DNA of 64,000 nucleotides from Octopus sinensis (GCF_006345805.1 NC_042998.1:176452001-176516000), one strand, 5' to 3'; positions 40,588 to 53,950 are shown, counted from the first letter of the stretch. Notes: generated by a model not told the origin, from the letters alone. Numbers and translations: made by a program.

Positions 40588-42794
40588 CATCATCATCATC
40601 ATCATCATCATGTGTTTGTGTCGTGCGCTAAAAGATGCGCATTGAACTAGTTTGATTTCCGCTTAATCTTTTCAAAATCAGCTCATTCTCATAATAAAGA
40701 AGAAACAAAACAAAAGACGCATGCACTTTATATATTTTGCTCTCTTTCTCGCAATGTCAGCGATATATTCTGTCAAAATATCGGTTGATTTTCCGTATTC
40801 CTCCATTTGCTTTTCGTAAAAATTTTAATCAAAGAAGGAACAATAGCTTAACAGCAAAATAAAAAGAATGCTGATGATATAACATTGCTGTAGAATTGTA
40901 AAACCTGAAGAAAATTTAAAGCCGGATTTTCAAATTTTTCTCGGGTGAATTTAATGGCAAGTCAGCAGAATTTAAAAACGCTTAGCGCTGAACAGAGTAC
41001 TAAAACAGACTAGGAGTCAGCAGATGGATTGGGTGTACAGTTTAATTTGATTTACGAGATTAATTTGTTAAAATAACACGAGAATGAAACTGGAATAAAA
41101 AAAATATATATATATATATAATGAAACGTTTCGAATTGCAACTATCAATCAAACGGGTTTAAATATGATGTGCTGACGGAAGAAATAACTAGAATCTTAC
41201 GTCGTTTAAAACGATAATGCTACTATTGGCAAGAATCACTTTTTCATTGCCTTTTATGCCTTCACTGTCTATGAAAATCTTCAAGTGAAAATCCTCAAAA
41301 ATATTTTTAACTGATTAGAATGTTATTGGATTTTGCGATGAGCTACTGTGAAAATCAAATTAAAACGAATGCATGTTAAGAATTAATGACAAATGCACTT
41401 AGGATGTGAGATTGCTTTGGATGAGATAACACTATTGCGTAATATGTAATCAGAAAGATTTTGATACTCATTAACCGCATTCGTAATCTTCCTCATAAGA
41501 TCCATCGCTCAAATTTTATATAAATTTGGAATAAAACGATGGCTTGGATTCGGTCTAATTGCCTAATTTTCTTGTTCCTATTTACATCGGACTAAAATCC
41601 AAGTTAGGGTAATTATTAATCGACAATGAACGTTCAGCTGAATATACTTGCACTTTTGCTGGCCTATTTTTAAGAATAAAAAGGGAGTGAAACAAGATTT
41701 AATCTGTTAATTTGACAGATGGAATTGGCAGACCTCATTTAGTGAAATCGGTAACACGATCACCTGGCAAACAGTAGATGTGCGATTTGACACCCGTGAA
41801 CGGTTCTGTTCTTTTTTCAGTGTCTTAGGCTGTATTTGTAAATGCCTTAAATATAATTCACATAAAAAAATAGGAACATAACCGTTACAGCTAATTAATA
41901 TTAATTTTCTGAGGTTTGCTTCTCGTCATAATTGTTGAATAATTAAAAGAAATACCGCGAGTTTGAAGTTACGCAACTACAATTGACTGAAGCCACAGTC
42001 GAAAGGCCGGAAGTTCATTTTCGTGACCAGCTGTGTTAATTTCAGACAAAGATTAAGTTGAATCAGTATGTAATATATGACTGCTCAACAGAGTGTACGC
42101 GGTTTATTTTCAATTGAAATAAAATTAATCTTTTCTGAATGTGTTTGGGACCCTAATTGCAAATATACCTTTAGTTTTTCTTTAGTATGTCTAGGTTTTT
42201 TAAAAATATAACAACTTTCTTCTTCTGAAATTTATTTGTATTTAAGATATACTAAATAATATTTGAAACGGAAATTGTTTATTTCTTAAGCAGCACAGTG
42301 TAGAGTTGACTGATTAATTCCTATATAATTAACTTTAATTTTATTTTTATATCATTTTTTCAATTAAATACATCTGTAATTTAAGAATATATATTATGTT
42401 TTTTAAGGTGCTATGAATATGATTTTCTTTTGTAAACTTGATCTGGGTGATCACTAGGAGTTACCAATTATGCCTTCTTTGTTCCTCATATACTACACCA
42501 AGATTTTCTGGAAAGAAATCTAGATAAGAATGCAAGAAATATAATTTTGACGACGTTAGACTGGCCATGCCTTTACAGATATTAAAAAGGTTCTCACCTC
42601 TATATACAGGAATCATTATTCCACAGAATGATTTTGCTTAACCATTTAAAAGTCCATCAAGCATTTTAATTCCCGTGTGTTGAAGGTGATCTTCAAATTT
42701 AGTATCTTCCATTATCTGCTTCATTTGCAGCGCCACTAAAATTCCCGGCTTTAATTTTGCATTACTCAGATTTAGGAGTATTTTTAGAAATATA

Positions 42795-43803
42795 CTAGCA
42801 TTAAAGACCCGTCATTGCCGGGTCATAGTGCTAGTGCATGTATATATGTGTATATATATGTGTACATATTACATGTACATCTATATATATACATCTACAC
42901 ATAAAATACAAACTACAAAGTTATATCTTGATATCGCTAGTGATAACAATATTCAAAATATATAACAGAGTGGAATTGTTAGCTCGTCTCTTGTAATTTC
43001 GATCAATTGTATCTTGTCCTCCCTCTTGTATAGAAGTTTGGCTACAATCCAGCCTACCTCTACTTCGGGGGGGGGGGAGCATTAAAAATTTTTTTCCGGG
43101 ACGTCCTACGTCCCAGATATAAAGGTAAAAATAAAATATTTCCACTTTGCAAGTTCGAGTCGAATACTCCCTTGACTCGAAACTTGCTTCTATTGTGGCG
43201 AATTTACCGCCTCTGATTAGATATCTTTCATAGTCGCACCAAGACACTTTTCGAAGGTGCTTTCCTCCAGGTGTTCAAATCTTTTTTTTTTTCTCTACAT
43301 TGTATACTTTATAGACAATAGTCTTTTCTTTAATTTAATTTTTTATTATCCATCTGGACTATTCCATTTCTGCACGCTAATTTTATTTTTAATTTATTCC
43401 CATTCATGTGAAACCACTTATTCAAGTTCAAGTCATTGATGCAATTTTGTACCAATTGCTATTTTTACTTTTGTTATGCTACGATTATATTATACTTTAG
43501 TTTGATTTTAATTATTACTTACTACATATAATTCAATTGTTATTATTATTTTTATTGTTAAAGTGAAAGTATCTGACATAAAATAGAAAAATGTTTTTGT
43601 TTCACTTTTAACACGTAATACTGAAATAGTTGAGAAGATATGATATTGCTGTGGGCTCGCTCTAGGCAAGAAGTTGAACATCTTTTTTGCCCATGAAACA
43701 TGGACCTTAAGTAAGGCATGTGTAAAATTTGAATGAAATTGGTTGTGTAGTTCTCAAGTTTTAGGGAAACAGACACACATTCTCAGTTTTATATATATAA
43801 AGA
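42795..43803 (-). mobile_element. Non-autonomous Helitron (1009 bp)
   Basis: Minus strand starts A|TCTTTATATATATAAAACTGAG and ends with hairpin GACCCG-gcaatga-CGGGTC, then TTTAATG-CTAG|T: TC...CTAG termini, subterminal hairpin, A^T target site, no TSD. Confidence 0.85.
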
Positions 43804-45000
43804 TTGAAATGCTCTTAGACTGAATCCACCCACTACTTTAACAAAATTACTAACTGTACCAAATGACTTCTTTAGGTTAGCTCAAATTACAAATTGGACA
43901 CTGGACTTTCCTGAAGTATATATTGATTATAGTGACCAGTCACGTATCGCTATTCTATAGATATAATGAACAAAAGTATTTTGTAATCAGTATACCAGTA
44001 ACTTTGAGATTTCCACAAATATTCTCTTGATAAACTAATATTCAATGGTGTCATACAATATATCCATAAGATAAGAGTGAGTGGGCAATGAGGGCGCATG
44101 ACTTTACTTTCCCTTTATGCAGTAGCATTTCTGGCAAATTTTGTGAATAAATGAAAAGGTGCAAATCAGTATATGTATCTATGACGAAATTTCAATGTTT
44201 CATTGGTGTCATTACAATAGCAGAATGGAACATCTACTGTAAAGCTTATTAGTAAGGTAAAATTTGCTTTCAATAGTGTTTAACTCGCGGATTTGGGTGA
44301 AGTAAATTGCTTTCCATCTGCGTGAAAGCGGAAAGCTCCGCATTCTCTTTAGACATTCTTTCACAATACCATTCAAATGCTGATGAGTAAATTACCTTAA
44401 CCAATTAAGCACTTCATCACTGTCCATTTCATTGTCCATGGAGCTAGTCCCTCGATTACGAAAAAGGGAAAACCGGTATTGCTTCATTATGTTGAACTGA
44501 TCTGTGTGCTGGATTACAGGTTTAAATAAACCCAGTTACGTTAACACTACAAAAATAGCAGTCAGTAAGAACTCTTTGCTCTCTATATATTATGAATATT
44601 GCATCAGTCTTTTCCGCCCACTATTCTTGGTTGTATGGGTGTGGTAGAGTTTTCAGACACCTTCTACATAGGATCCTATCGAAATTAACTGGTATGTTAA
44701 TTACAAAATACTTTTGTTCATTATGATTGCTGTTGGAAAGATTTGAAGAATCCATTTTGCGATTCTTTCTTGCTACATTCTAATCGCAATTATGAAAAAA
44801 AAAAAAAAAGAAAAGAAAACGAACAAACAATCAAACAATGAATAATTACAAAAATCATTCGTACTACTGAAAATCCAAGAATATTTTCTGGTCTATCCAA
44901 AATAACTTCCACTGGAAATCTTTTGTTGACTTGTGAAAGAAGTAGAGTCCATTTTGATCCAGTAGGAGATTCAGCTTTTGAAAACTGCTTCATATTTATT

Positions 45001-45370
45001 ACTTACTGGTACTTGTGGCGACATTCACCCTGGGTGAGTTGGGTCGGCTTCTTCTACTCATGGAAGAAGTTTCGTGGGAATATGTGGGTTTCACAAGCGG
45101 TCCCCAACAATCCCGCATGTGGAGACATCCTGTTTGCCGCAGATTGTCAGCAGACGCAGGGACAGAGCGACCGAGGAGCCGCCGGTTGCCGAAGCAGAAA
45201 CTCTGAGGATTTTCACCGTCTGCTGGGTTGTGGCCTTAATATCACTCGGTGTCAGACCAATCCGCCTTGGGTGGCCCTACCAGGAACCGAAGTTCCCGAC
45301 GGCATAGCTCTGACACTACCCGTTGCCAGCGTCCCCACCACGGTGAGGGGGGATGGACTCTGGGGACGCC
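45001..45370 (-). mobile_element. Non-coding RTE-derived non-autonomous retroelement (5'UTR plus 3' end) with TSD
   Basis: 12-bp TSD TTCATATTTATT (44989-45000, 45371-45382). BovB/RTE 5'UTR-like motif GAGCTATGCCG..GTAGGGCCACCCAAGGCGGA..GGTC. Tail CAAGTACCAGTAAGT. Confidence 0.8.
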
Positions 45371-46415
45371 TTCATATTTATTGCTTATCTTATTATGAGT
45401 TCTCAAAAATTAATGACAGCTGTAAAGTAAAATTACTTTTTACTATTGAATATGATCACTATGATAATTAACAAAATATTCACGGGACTTCAAACTATAC
45501 GAGAGTGAACTATCTACTGTCCTTCCTATTCAGCAGTAGCGGTACAAAAGTGTATAAAAGTTGTTACGATAAACAAAGTTAAGAAGACATCAGGCGATGT
45601 TAAAACTTGCTTTAATATTGTCAATCGTGCATGACAAGCCCATTAAAGAAAAATTAGCCTAAATGCTTAATTGTCTTCAACCATCAAATTATACAGATCT
45701 TTCTACCCGAATATCAACAAGACTGAACAGCGAGCAAGTAAGAGAGCGCAACCAGTATCTCTCTACTAACTGTAGATGTAATTAGATTCGAGAAATCATT
45801 ATGGAATAGCTCTGGGCAGAAATATTAATGAAATTAGCTCTAGGATAGACAGTATTAGCATAGGGATCTGAAAGTTTGTTTATAAATATGAATATGAAAT
45901 ATGATTTATACAGATTGTCCAATCAAAACGGTTACACTTCTAATAAGATATTCTAATTACATTTAAATTTAATTAAATATTTAATGATGCAATCAGTGAT
46001 AATTACAGAAGAGACGATGTCGAATTTGCAATCATAAAGGATAAGAGAATCGTATGAAAACGCATGTGTGTAGATATAAATATGTGTATATAGATTTGCG
46101 TGCTTATGTATGCGCGTGTCAGTATATGTATATATAAATTGGTGTGTGTGTGTGTGTGCGTATGTGTATGTGTATGTATGTGTGTTTGTGTTTGTGTGTG
46201 TTCGTATAGGTCAAACATCAGTGGTCTCCTTTTTTTCGCTTTTCTGTTGATGATCAATTATCAGCTCCTTCTCTAAGGCTAATTATGCGAAACCTGGGTG
46301 TAGATTCAATCACGGCACATAAATATCTTAACGCACTTTAAAGACTTCGACCAAACGTATGAAAGCATGTGTGTGTGTGTATGTGTGTGCGTGCGTATGT
46401 ATGTATATGTGTGTA

Positions 46416-46459
<44 letters not shown>

Positions 46460-47766
46460 TATAATTCTTATATCTATCTATCTATCAATCTATCTATTTA
46501 TCTGTCAATCTATCTGTCTTTCTATCTCTATGGACCCGGAAAAAATTAAAACAAAGGGTTACCTACTTGCAAACAAATGTGGTAACATGTAACACCATTG
46601 ACCGAGGTTACCGTGGTCTTTTCCGTAGGCTTTTCTTTCCACGGATAAACCTTATCTGCTTCCCCTTTACACTTTACATCATGACATTTCTGTGATACAC
46701 GATCCCTATTGATCGTTTTTTCTTTTTTCTTTTTTCTTTCCCTGTCTTTCTATCTCTCTACCCCTCTCTCCCTCCCTCCCTCACCCCCTCTCTCTTGTAT
46801 ACATGTAAAACTGTACTCTAGTTTTATCTTTTTATCAAGATTACCCCATAGTTTCTTATGAGTAAAGTTCCTAAACCCATCTTTAATATTTGTAGAGGTT
46901 CATACCCTCATCGTAAAAATGAAGTGATGTTGTCGTGTACCGCTGCCTCTTAACGGAAGACAGGCCGTGTCAATATGACTGGTGTAGATATTACTGCGAG
47001 AATTCGAAATTTTAATTTATACATCATCAATTAAGTATTTCATTTTTGCCTGAGAGCAGTATATGTTGTCTGTATGCTTATTTTAGCATTCTTTTGTGCT
47101 ATGAATATTGATTCCTTCATAAATTGTATATTTTTGAGGGTAATTCTAAAAAAATATACATGTGTTGTCTACTAATGTTTTTTTGTATTTTTTGGTTGTA
47201 GTGCATTACTATAGAGTCTTGTTGTAAGTGCATGATGAGCCGGTTGGTGATACAAAATACATTATATCTAACCATATATTCGAACATTGACAATATTCTA
47301 CAAAAGTACTGAAATTAAGAACCTGTTTTTTTTTTTGTGGGGGTGGATTAGTAAGACATCAGAATCATGCAAAACCTGCAATCAAGCAAACAAAGAGCAA
47401 CGTTATTTATAAATACGACTGCAAACGTGAAAGTTGTAATCTTCACGTCTTGAACTCTTATATTAGCCATAATCTTCTGCGGACTTATCATGCACATGCA
47501 ATAAGAAGCAAAACGACTGCAATGTACTACATCATTCAACACAAAATAAAAGAAAATCAGAGGATAATATGGCGATAAACAAATACTCAAAGCAAAACTT
47601 AAAATAAGCCATGTATGATTTAAAAGCTAATGACAATATACAAGAATGACAAAAGCCAATGGAATTATAATCACGTATATTTTGCTACAATTAAATTATT
47701 CGGTAACACAAAGAAATTTATTACTTAATAATTTCACCACACTAATACTTGAATTGGATTTATTTT

Positions 47767-48162
47767 GGCTGTGTGGTAAGTAACCAACCACATGGTTCCG
47801 GGTTCAGTCCCACTGCGTGACATATTAGGCAAATGTCTTTTACTATAGCCTCGGGCCGACCAAAGCCTTGTGAGTGGATTTGGTAGACGGAAACTGAAAG
47901 AAGCCCGTCGTATGTATGTATATGCATATATATATATATATGTATGTGTATATTTGTGTGTCTGTGTTTATCCCCCCAACATCAATTGACAACCGATGCT
48001 GGTGTGTTTACATCCCCGTAACTTAGCAGTTCGGCAAAAGAGTCCGATAGAATAAGTACTAGGCTTACAAAGAATAAGTCCTGGGGTCGATTTGCTCGAC
48101 TAAAGGCGGTGCTCCAGCATGGCCACAGTCAAATGACTGAAACAAGTAAAAGAGTAAAAGAG
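47767..48162 (+). mobile_element. SINE family A
   Basis: Near full-length copy. Confidence 0.9.
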
Positions 48163-48163
48163 C

Positions 48164-49110
48164 ATGGTGATTGACGATAAAAGCAGAAATACTAGCCTCT
48201 ATTTCACCTACTCTGAAGAAGAATACGCCCCCGCATCTATCTACGAAGCTGTAAAAATACACAAACGAAACGACTACCTCAGGCTCATAATATTTCAAAT
48301 AAACATAGTGACAGAAAAGATCGCAAAACAATTAGATAATACTAGCAAACATGCGCATACAGAAATATACAGTTTCCAAAGAGCTCCTGGAGATCTTAGA
48401 AGAAATCAGCATTCCTGCCTTTGAAGTATAAAGTCTGTTTACTAACGTTACAGCAGCAAAAGTAAAAGAAACAATATTGAATAGTGTATAAAAACAACCC
48501 AAAATAAACCACCGGATACCCACTAACACACCGAGGAAATTATTAGTCTTGTACAATAGAAATGTCCACAAGATAAATTATTTATGCACAATGACGAAGT
48601 CGTCACAGTTTCTCCTTTAGGATCTATGGTCGTGACATCTATGGGGGAAAATGGCATCAGTGCAAGACATTCAATATACTCATCGCTATGGACACACCGG
48701 AAGATGTCGAGAAATTAAAGAAAGCCCTACAAACAATCCGTAATAAGATTTAACATTTAGAACAGTAGAACAGCAGAAATACAATTCCCAGCAAAACAAT
48801 GACACAATTTCTAGACATAAACATTCTGATATAAAATAATAGATAAATCACGTCCATTTCTATCAAACACGCAAATAATTGCATCTAGATATATGGAGAC
48901 AGCAAATCTCCACGCTGATGCAAAATATCATTTAGATTTTAGATACCAAATATATTGTAGATATAAAATGTCATTTAGAAGAACATTTAGATTTTTCTCA
49001 ATAATTGAAGTCTCAGATAAAGAAAAGCAGAATAAAGGCTATTCTAATCAACATCGAGTATTCTACCAAATTAATAGACCAAGTCACTAAACAATACAGG
49101 AAGAAATACA
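48164..49110 (+). mobile_element. Decayed Penelope-like reverse transcriptase
   Basis: YAPASIYEAVKIHKRNDYLRLII (cf. YGxPKIHK..PLRPII), AFEV*SLFTNV (cf. SFDVxSLFTNVP), DEVVTVSPLG (cf. DGVAMGSPLG), QFLDINI, in correct order with stops and frameshifts. Confidence 0.8.
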
Positions 49111-49385
49111 ATGCAACAAATACATCAGACATTCCACCTACACAAACCACATATAATATGTATTAAATAAATCAAATGCTTACTAACTGTAGAATAGCTG
49201 TGTATACATTATCAAAAGTTTCATGAAACAGAACACAATATACATTAAAACCAAAATATAAATTGCTTGTGATTATGTACTAACAAAAACGCTAAAATGG
49301 AAATTATATTTATCAGTGGCAAACCATAAGCATGAAAAATACATATATACATACATACGTACATGTATGTATATTTGTGTGTGCG

Positions 49386-49423
<38 letters not shown>

Positions 49424-49538
49424 TTCACCAGTTGGCTAATAGATCAGATGTATGTATGATGTATGTATGTATGTATGTATGTATGTATGTATGTATGTAT
49501 GTATGTATGTATGTATGTATGTGTGTATGTATGTATAT

Positions 49539-50075
49539 GTCAGGTCACTTTCGAGTGCTACTGGTAACATGTAACCCAGTACTACTTGTTGCATGGTCGG
49601 GTCGTCGGCGACTAAACCGGCAACCCCACCAAGCTCGCTTGGTGAGGAGGATGTTTATTGGTCACCCTGCGGGATGAAAAACAAAACCCGTCAAAGGGCG
49701 GAGGAACTCTTGAGAGTCAACGGCCATCCAATAAATGTCTTAAGGCTGTATTATGCTCGGGGACATAGATATAATCGGACTGAATACCCGATCGCGCGGT
49801 TAAACCATTAGGAGTGAAGGACTCCTAGCCTTTGTCAGGGCATCCTTCTAGGAGAAGGCAACTCAGGTAACTGGGATAACTCCGACATAAAACCTGCGGT
49901 GATGTTGACTTGTTCTTCTTTTCGGATTATGGCTGCTGTTGCTTAGTGAGTAAGATTGACTCAGTGCACAGCCTTTCCTCACTTAAAAAATATCTTCTTG
50001 CACAGGCATTGCACGATAACAACATTGATTAAGCTTCGTGCAATGGCCATACTCGATTATGAGGGGGCAGCCACC
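49539..50075 (+). mobile_element. Structured non-coding retroelement-like repeat embedded in (TATG)n
   Basis: Second copy at 63887-64000 with the same start, also after (TATG)n. Contains the RTE-5'UTR-like CCTAGCCTTTG..GGCATCCTTCTAGGAGAAGGCAACTC and several hairpins. Confidence 0.7.
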
Positions 50076-50426
50076 ATGTATGTATGCATGTATAGTATAT
50101 TATCTATTATTGCAAATCGGTAATTGTATGCTTCACGACTCCAATTATTATTTTGGACATACAGGTGCAACACTGTTCTGCTGGATCACTTTGCACTTAC
50201 AGCAAAAGGCAATTGCAATGCACTGTAACATACAACATAAAACAAAACAAGATCGTCAATGGACAGCACATCTATATCATACAGAATTCATCATAAAAAT
50301 GGATGATTAATGACAGATGCAATAACCATGACTCAGCTTAATGCTAAAACAAAACACAAGCAATGTATACAAGCTATGATGACGTAGAAATTTAATGGTT
50401 AAATTTCAAATTCCGGTAGTAATGTC

Positions 50427-50680
50427 CAGTGTTTCTCAACTGCAGTTCATATGGCCCTTTCGGGGTCCATATAAGATTTTGTTGTTAAAATTTATCTCCA
50501 ATAAATTCGTTATACTTTTACAATACACAAAATATTTTAATAATTTTTTTATACAATTCCTAATATTTTGATTATAAAGATATAATAGGATTTTTAAAGA
50601 TGGAGTGATGGTGAGGGTACATCAAAGTATAATCAAAGACTAAAAGGGCTCCATAAGTAAAAACTGGCTGAGAAACATTG
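50427..50680. mobile_element. Old hAT(Charlie)-like MITE
   Basis: Terminal inverted repeats CAGTGTTTCTCAAC / GCTGAGAAACATTG; no recognisable TSD. Confidence 0.55.
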
Positions 50681-50956
50681 GCCTACATCAACCAGGTCGA
50701 CCCTGTCTATTATAAAGAAGCAGTAACAGATGACATCATGCTTAATATGAAGAAGGTTTAGAAGGGTTAATGAGTGATTTAAGAACTTTTACTGTAACAA
50801 AAAACCCATGAAACTTATAGAAAAATATGGAGGGAAAATAAATTTGATAAGAAAGATGAAACTAGAAAACAACTGTGTTTATTGATATGCTTTTTCCCCC
50901 ATTACAACATATCTAAAAGAAAAGGTGAGATCGATTAAATCCAGATAATATGCGCA

Positions 50957-50993
<37 letters not shown>

Positions 50994-51335
50994 TAGCACA
51001 CGTTTACCAGGACTGAGTAGACATCGTATGAACAGAAACGAAAGTGGTATTCATGTTTATGCTTAACGTCTGCAAGACAGAGTTCCGTTGTTAAATGATC
51101 TGCTATGGTATATTTTCTGTTTATATTTTACAGCCTTCAACCGAGTAGAATTAGCAGGTGGCATTGCTTTGTTATATCTGTCCATTAATTAGTGAATTTT
51201 TGTGGCTGCCAGTCTTGTATGGTTTCGATACATTGACATCAGACAATACCGCGCGACATTACACTATACACACATCCACCAACGCATACCCACGCGACAG
51301 ATTGATATATATATGATCGTGGGCTGGGTTCTTAC

Positions 51336-51420
51336 CACATAAGAAAACACTGGATTTGTGGAATGGTCACCATTGGGAGTATTTTCTTCGCAAGTCTGGT
51401 TCATTATTGTTGACCTGTAG
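51336..51420 (-). CDS. Candidate exon of an unidentified minus-strand gene (possibly carrying the start codon)
   Basis: Non-repetitive sequence. Acceptor ttcttgttgtttag (alternative ctacag 6 nt inside), donor GTG|gtaaga. One open frame (MNQTCEENTPNGDHSTNPVFSYV). No partner exon found. Confidence 0.25.
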
Positions 51421-51980
51421 CTAAACAACAAGAATAACCCCTCCCACATACACTTTTTCTTCTTTAATCTTATGTTCATTAATTAATTGTCATATATAAA
51501 ATCCAATGAGATCATTGCATATGCTTTCTTTAAGAGAGTGTCCACTATGGTGTATGCGTTTAGGAGTGTGTGTGTGTGTATTTAACTGTTAGTGTACACA
51601 GTCACACAGAAACACATACACACACACAAACAGAAACACACACACGCATACACTCACACACACACACACTCACTCACGCGCGCACACACGCACACATAAA
51701 CAGCTCTAATTGGCATATCCAGCCTTCGGACAAAATTAATTGACTAAAAAAGAAAAAAAGACACATAACTGACAATGAAAGAATAATTGACAAAAAAGAT
51801 AACAAATACTATCAACAGAGAATATCATCATAAAAAACTTGCTTTGTTTTTATTATTGTCTGACTGATATTTGTTTCAGGAAAAAGTATCTTTTGACATT
51901 AGTTAAATAGGAAAAAAAAATTTAATGAGAAAATATTGAAACATTTCGTAATAACATTTTAACATTTTGTGATTCATTTA

Positions 51981-52065
<85 letters not shown>

Positions 52066-52071
52066 GCCTGA

Positions 52072-52121
<50 letters not shown>

Positions 52122-52127
52122 GCCTGA

Positions 52128-52197
<70 letters not shown>

Positions 52198-52203
52198 GCC
52201 TGA

Positions 52204-52249
<46 letters not shown>

Positions 52250-52255
52250 GCCTGA

Positions 52256-52286
<31 letters not shown>

Positions 52287-52309
52287 CTGTCTGTCTGTCT
52301 GTCTGTCTA

Positions 52310-52342
<33 letters not shown>

Positions 52343-52345
52343 ATG
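51981..52345. repeat. (TATC)n array with periodic TGCCTGAC interruptions, grading into (TGTC)n
   Basis: Four identical interruptions form a higher-order repeat. Confidence 0.9.
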
Positions 52346-52874
52346 TCTGCCTGTGTAAGTATGTATGTATGTATGTATGTATGTAGTATGTGCGTGTATG
52401 AATGAGTGTACGTATGTATGCATGTATGTGTGTATATGCGTATGTATGTATTTATATGTAATATACATGTCTATAATACACACATACGTGTGTGTGTATG
52501 CGTATGTGTGTTGTGTGTGTGTATGCCTTGTGTTTGTGTGTGCGTGATGGGTGTGTGTGCGCGCGCGCGTGCGTGCGTGTGTGGCTTAGAAAATGAAAAA
52601 GAAAATAAATTTCTAAAATTTCACATCTGGCTACTCTTATGCATCCATCATAAAACTGGGCATGTGGAAAAGGAAAGCCATTGTACTAGATAAAGAACAG
52701 TTACTTTTAAGCTATGACCTTCGGGTGTATCGATCGATATTGCAGAGCACGCCCGAAACGAAATCAAAGTTCCGTCAATTCTTTTGGACAATCACTTGGT
52801 ATTTATGGAATTCTTGGAATGGGATTTTTTTTTTTTCTCATTGGAACTTGTTTTTACAGTTGCTTCTATTTGCT

Positions 52875-53201
52875 GTGAAGGCACGTGGCTTCGTAGTTAG
52901 TATGTTCGGGACACAATCGTAAAGTCGCGAGATCGATTCCCGGCGGTGCGATGTGTCTTTTAGCAGGACACTTTATTTCTCGTTGCTCCAGTTCACTTAT
53001 TTGGCCAAAGTGAATAATATTTGTATTTCAAAGGGCCAGCCTTTTCACGTTCTGTCACGCTGAGTCTCCCTGAGAACTACGTTAAGGGTACGCGTATCTG
53101 TGGAATGCTCAGCCACTGGCACGTTAATTTCACGAGCAGCCTATTCCGTTGATCGGATCACCTGGAACCCTTGTCGTCGTCGTAAGTGGCGGAATGCCAG
53201 T
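52875..53201 (+). mobile_element. SINE family B head with a third tail type
   Basis: GTGAAGGCACGTGGCTTCGTAGTTAG head and TTGCTCCAGTTCAC body; distinct tail CAAAGGGCCAGCC...GGAATGCCAG. Confidence 0.75.
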
Positions 53202-53699
53202 TTTTAATTCTATTTGTTAGTAGACTCATTGCTATTAAGCTACTTCCATTACGTAATGTTGAAATACCAAAATTCAAAGTAACAAGAGTACCCAAACATG
53301 AGATTTAGTCCGTGATAATTCATAGATATACTTAAGGTATTCAACAATCCCGTGTGATAATCAACTCCTGAATCTCTTCCCTGTGCAAATGCTGTATCAA
53401 TTGATTTATATATGAAATTGATGACCTTGATATAATGTTCTGGAACTATAACTTCCCTTTCCTAAAACGGTTTACAAGTAAGGTGTTGATGTACTAAATA
53501 ACGTAAAGAAAATATTCTTAATGAATCGAAATTGAAATAGTTGGAGAAAGAACTTCTTATTCAGTTGACAGATACACAGACTCTGTAGTACTGACGAGGA
53601 CTAATAACGCTGAAACATGTCCGTTGTTATAGTCCCGCTAGATACAACATTTTTATTTAAGCATGAGAATTATTATCATTTCTACAGAGTTACTCGTCA

Positions 53700-53950
53700 T
53701 ATTACGCACAAATTAGGACCTCCGTTTCCGGTTTTAAATCCCTTTTAGTCATCCACAGCCATCTTTTTTCTCTGCCTGTCTTATCTTCAACCTCCCTATG
53801 AAGTTGTCCATGCATTCTTTTCTTTATCCACCTATTTTCAGCTTCATTTATTCTCAAATGCTTGTACAGTGCTTTATCTTTGTAATCTTCCATCCTACAC
53901 AAGTTTGACCTTAATTCCAATAATAGCGGTTCTGTAACATTTTTTTAAAT
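53700..53950 (-). mobile_element. R4-like LINE fragment
   Basis: W.KKRMHGQL.RE...WLWMTKRDLKPETEVLICA. Confidence 0.75.

Noticed and set aside
44380-44400. CTGATGA followed by a small hairpin (similar case at 29461)
   Set aside because: No downstream GAAA or cleavage triplet.
44923-45471. 182-aa + strand ORF
   Set aside because: Reads antisense through the GC-rich TSD-flanked retroelement and across its boundaries; no protein-like features.
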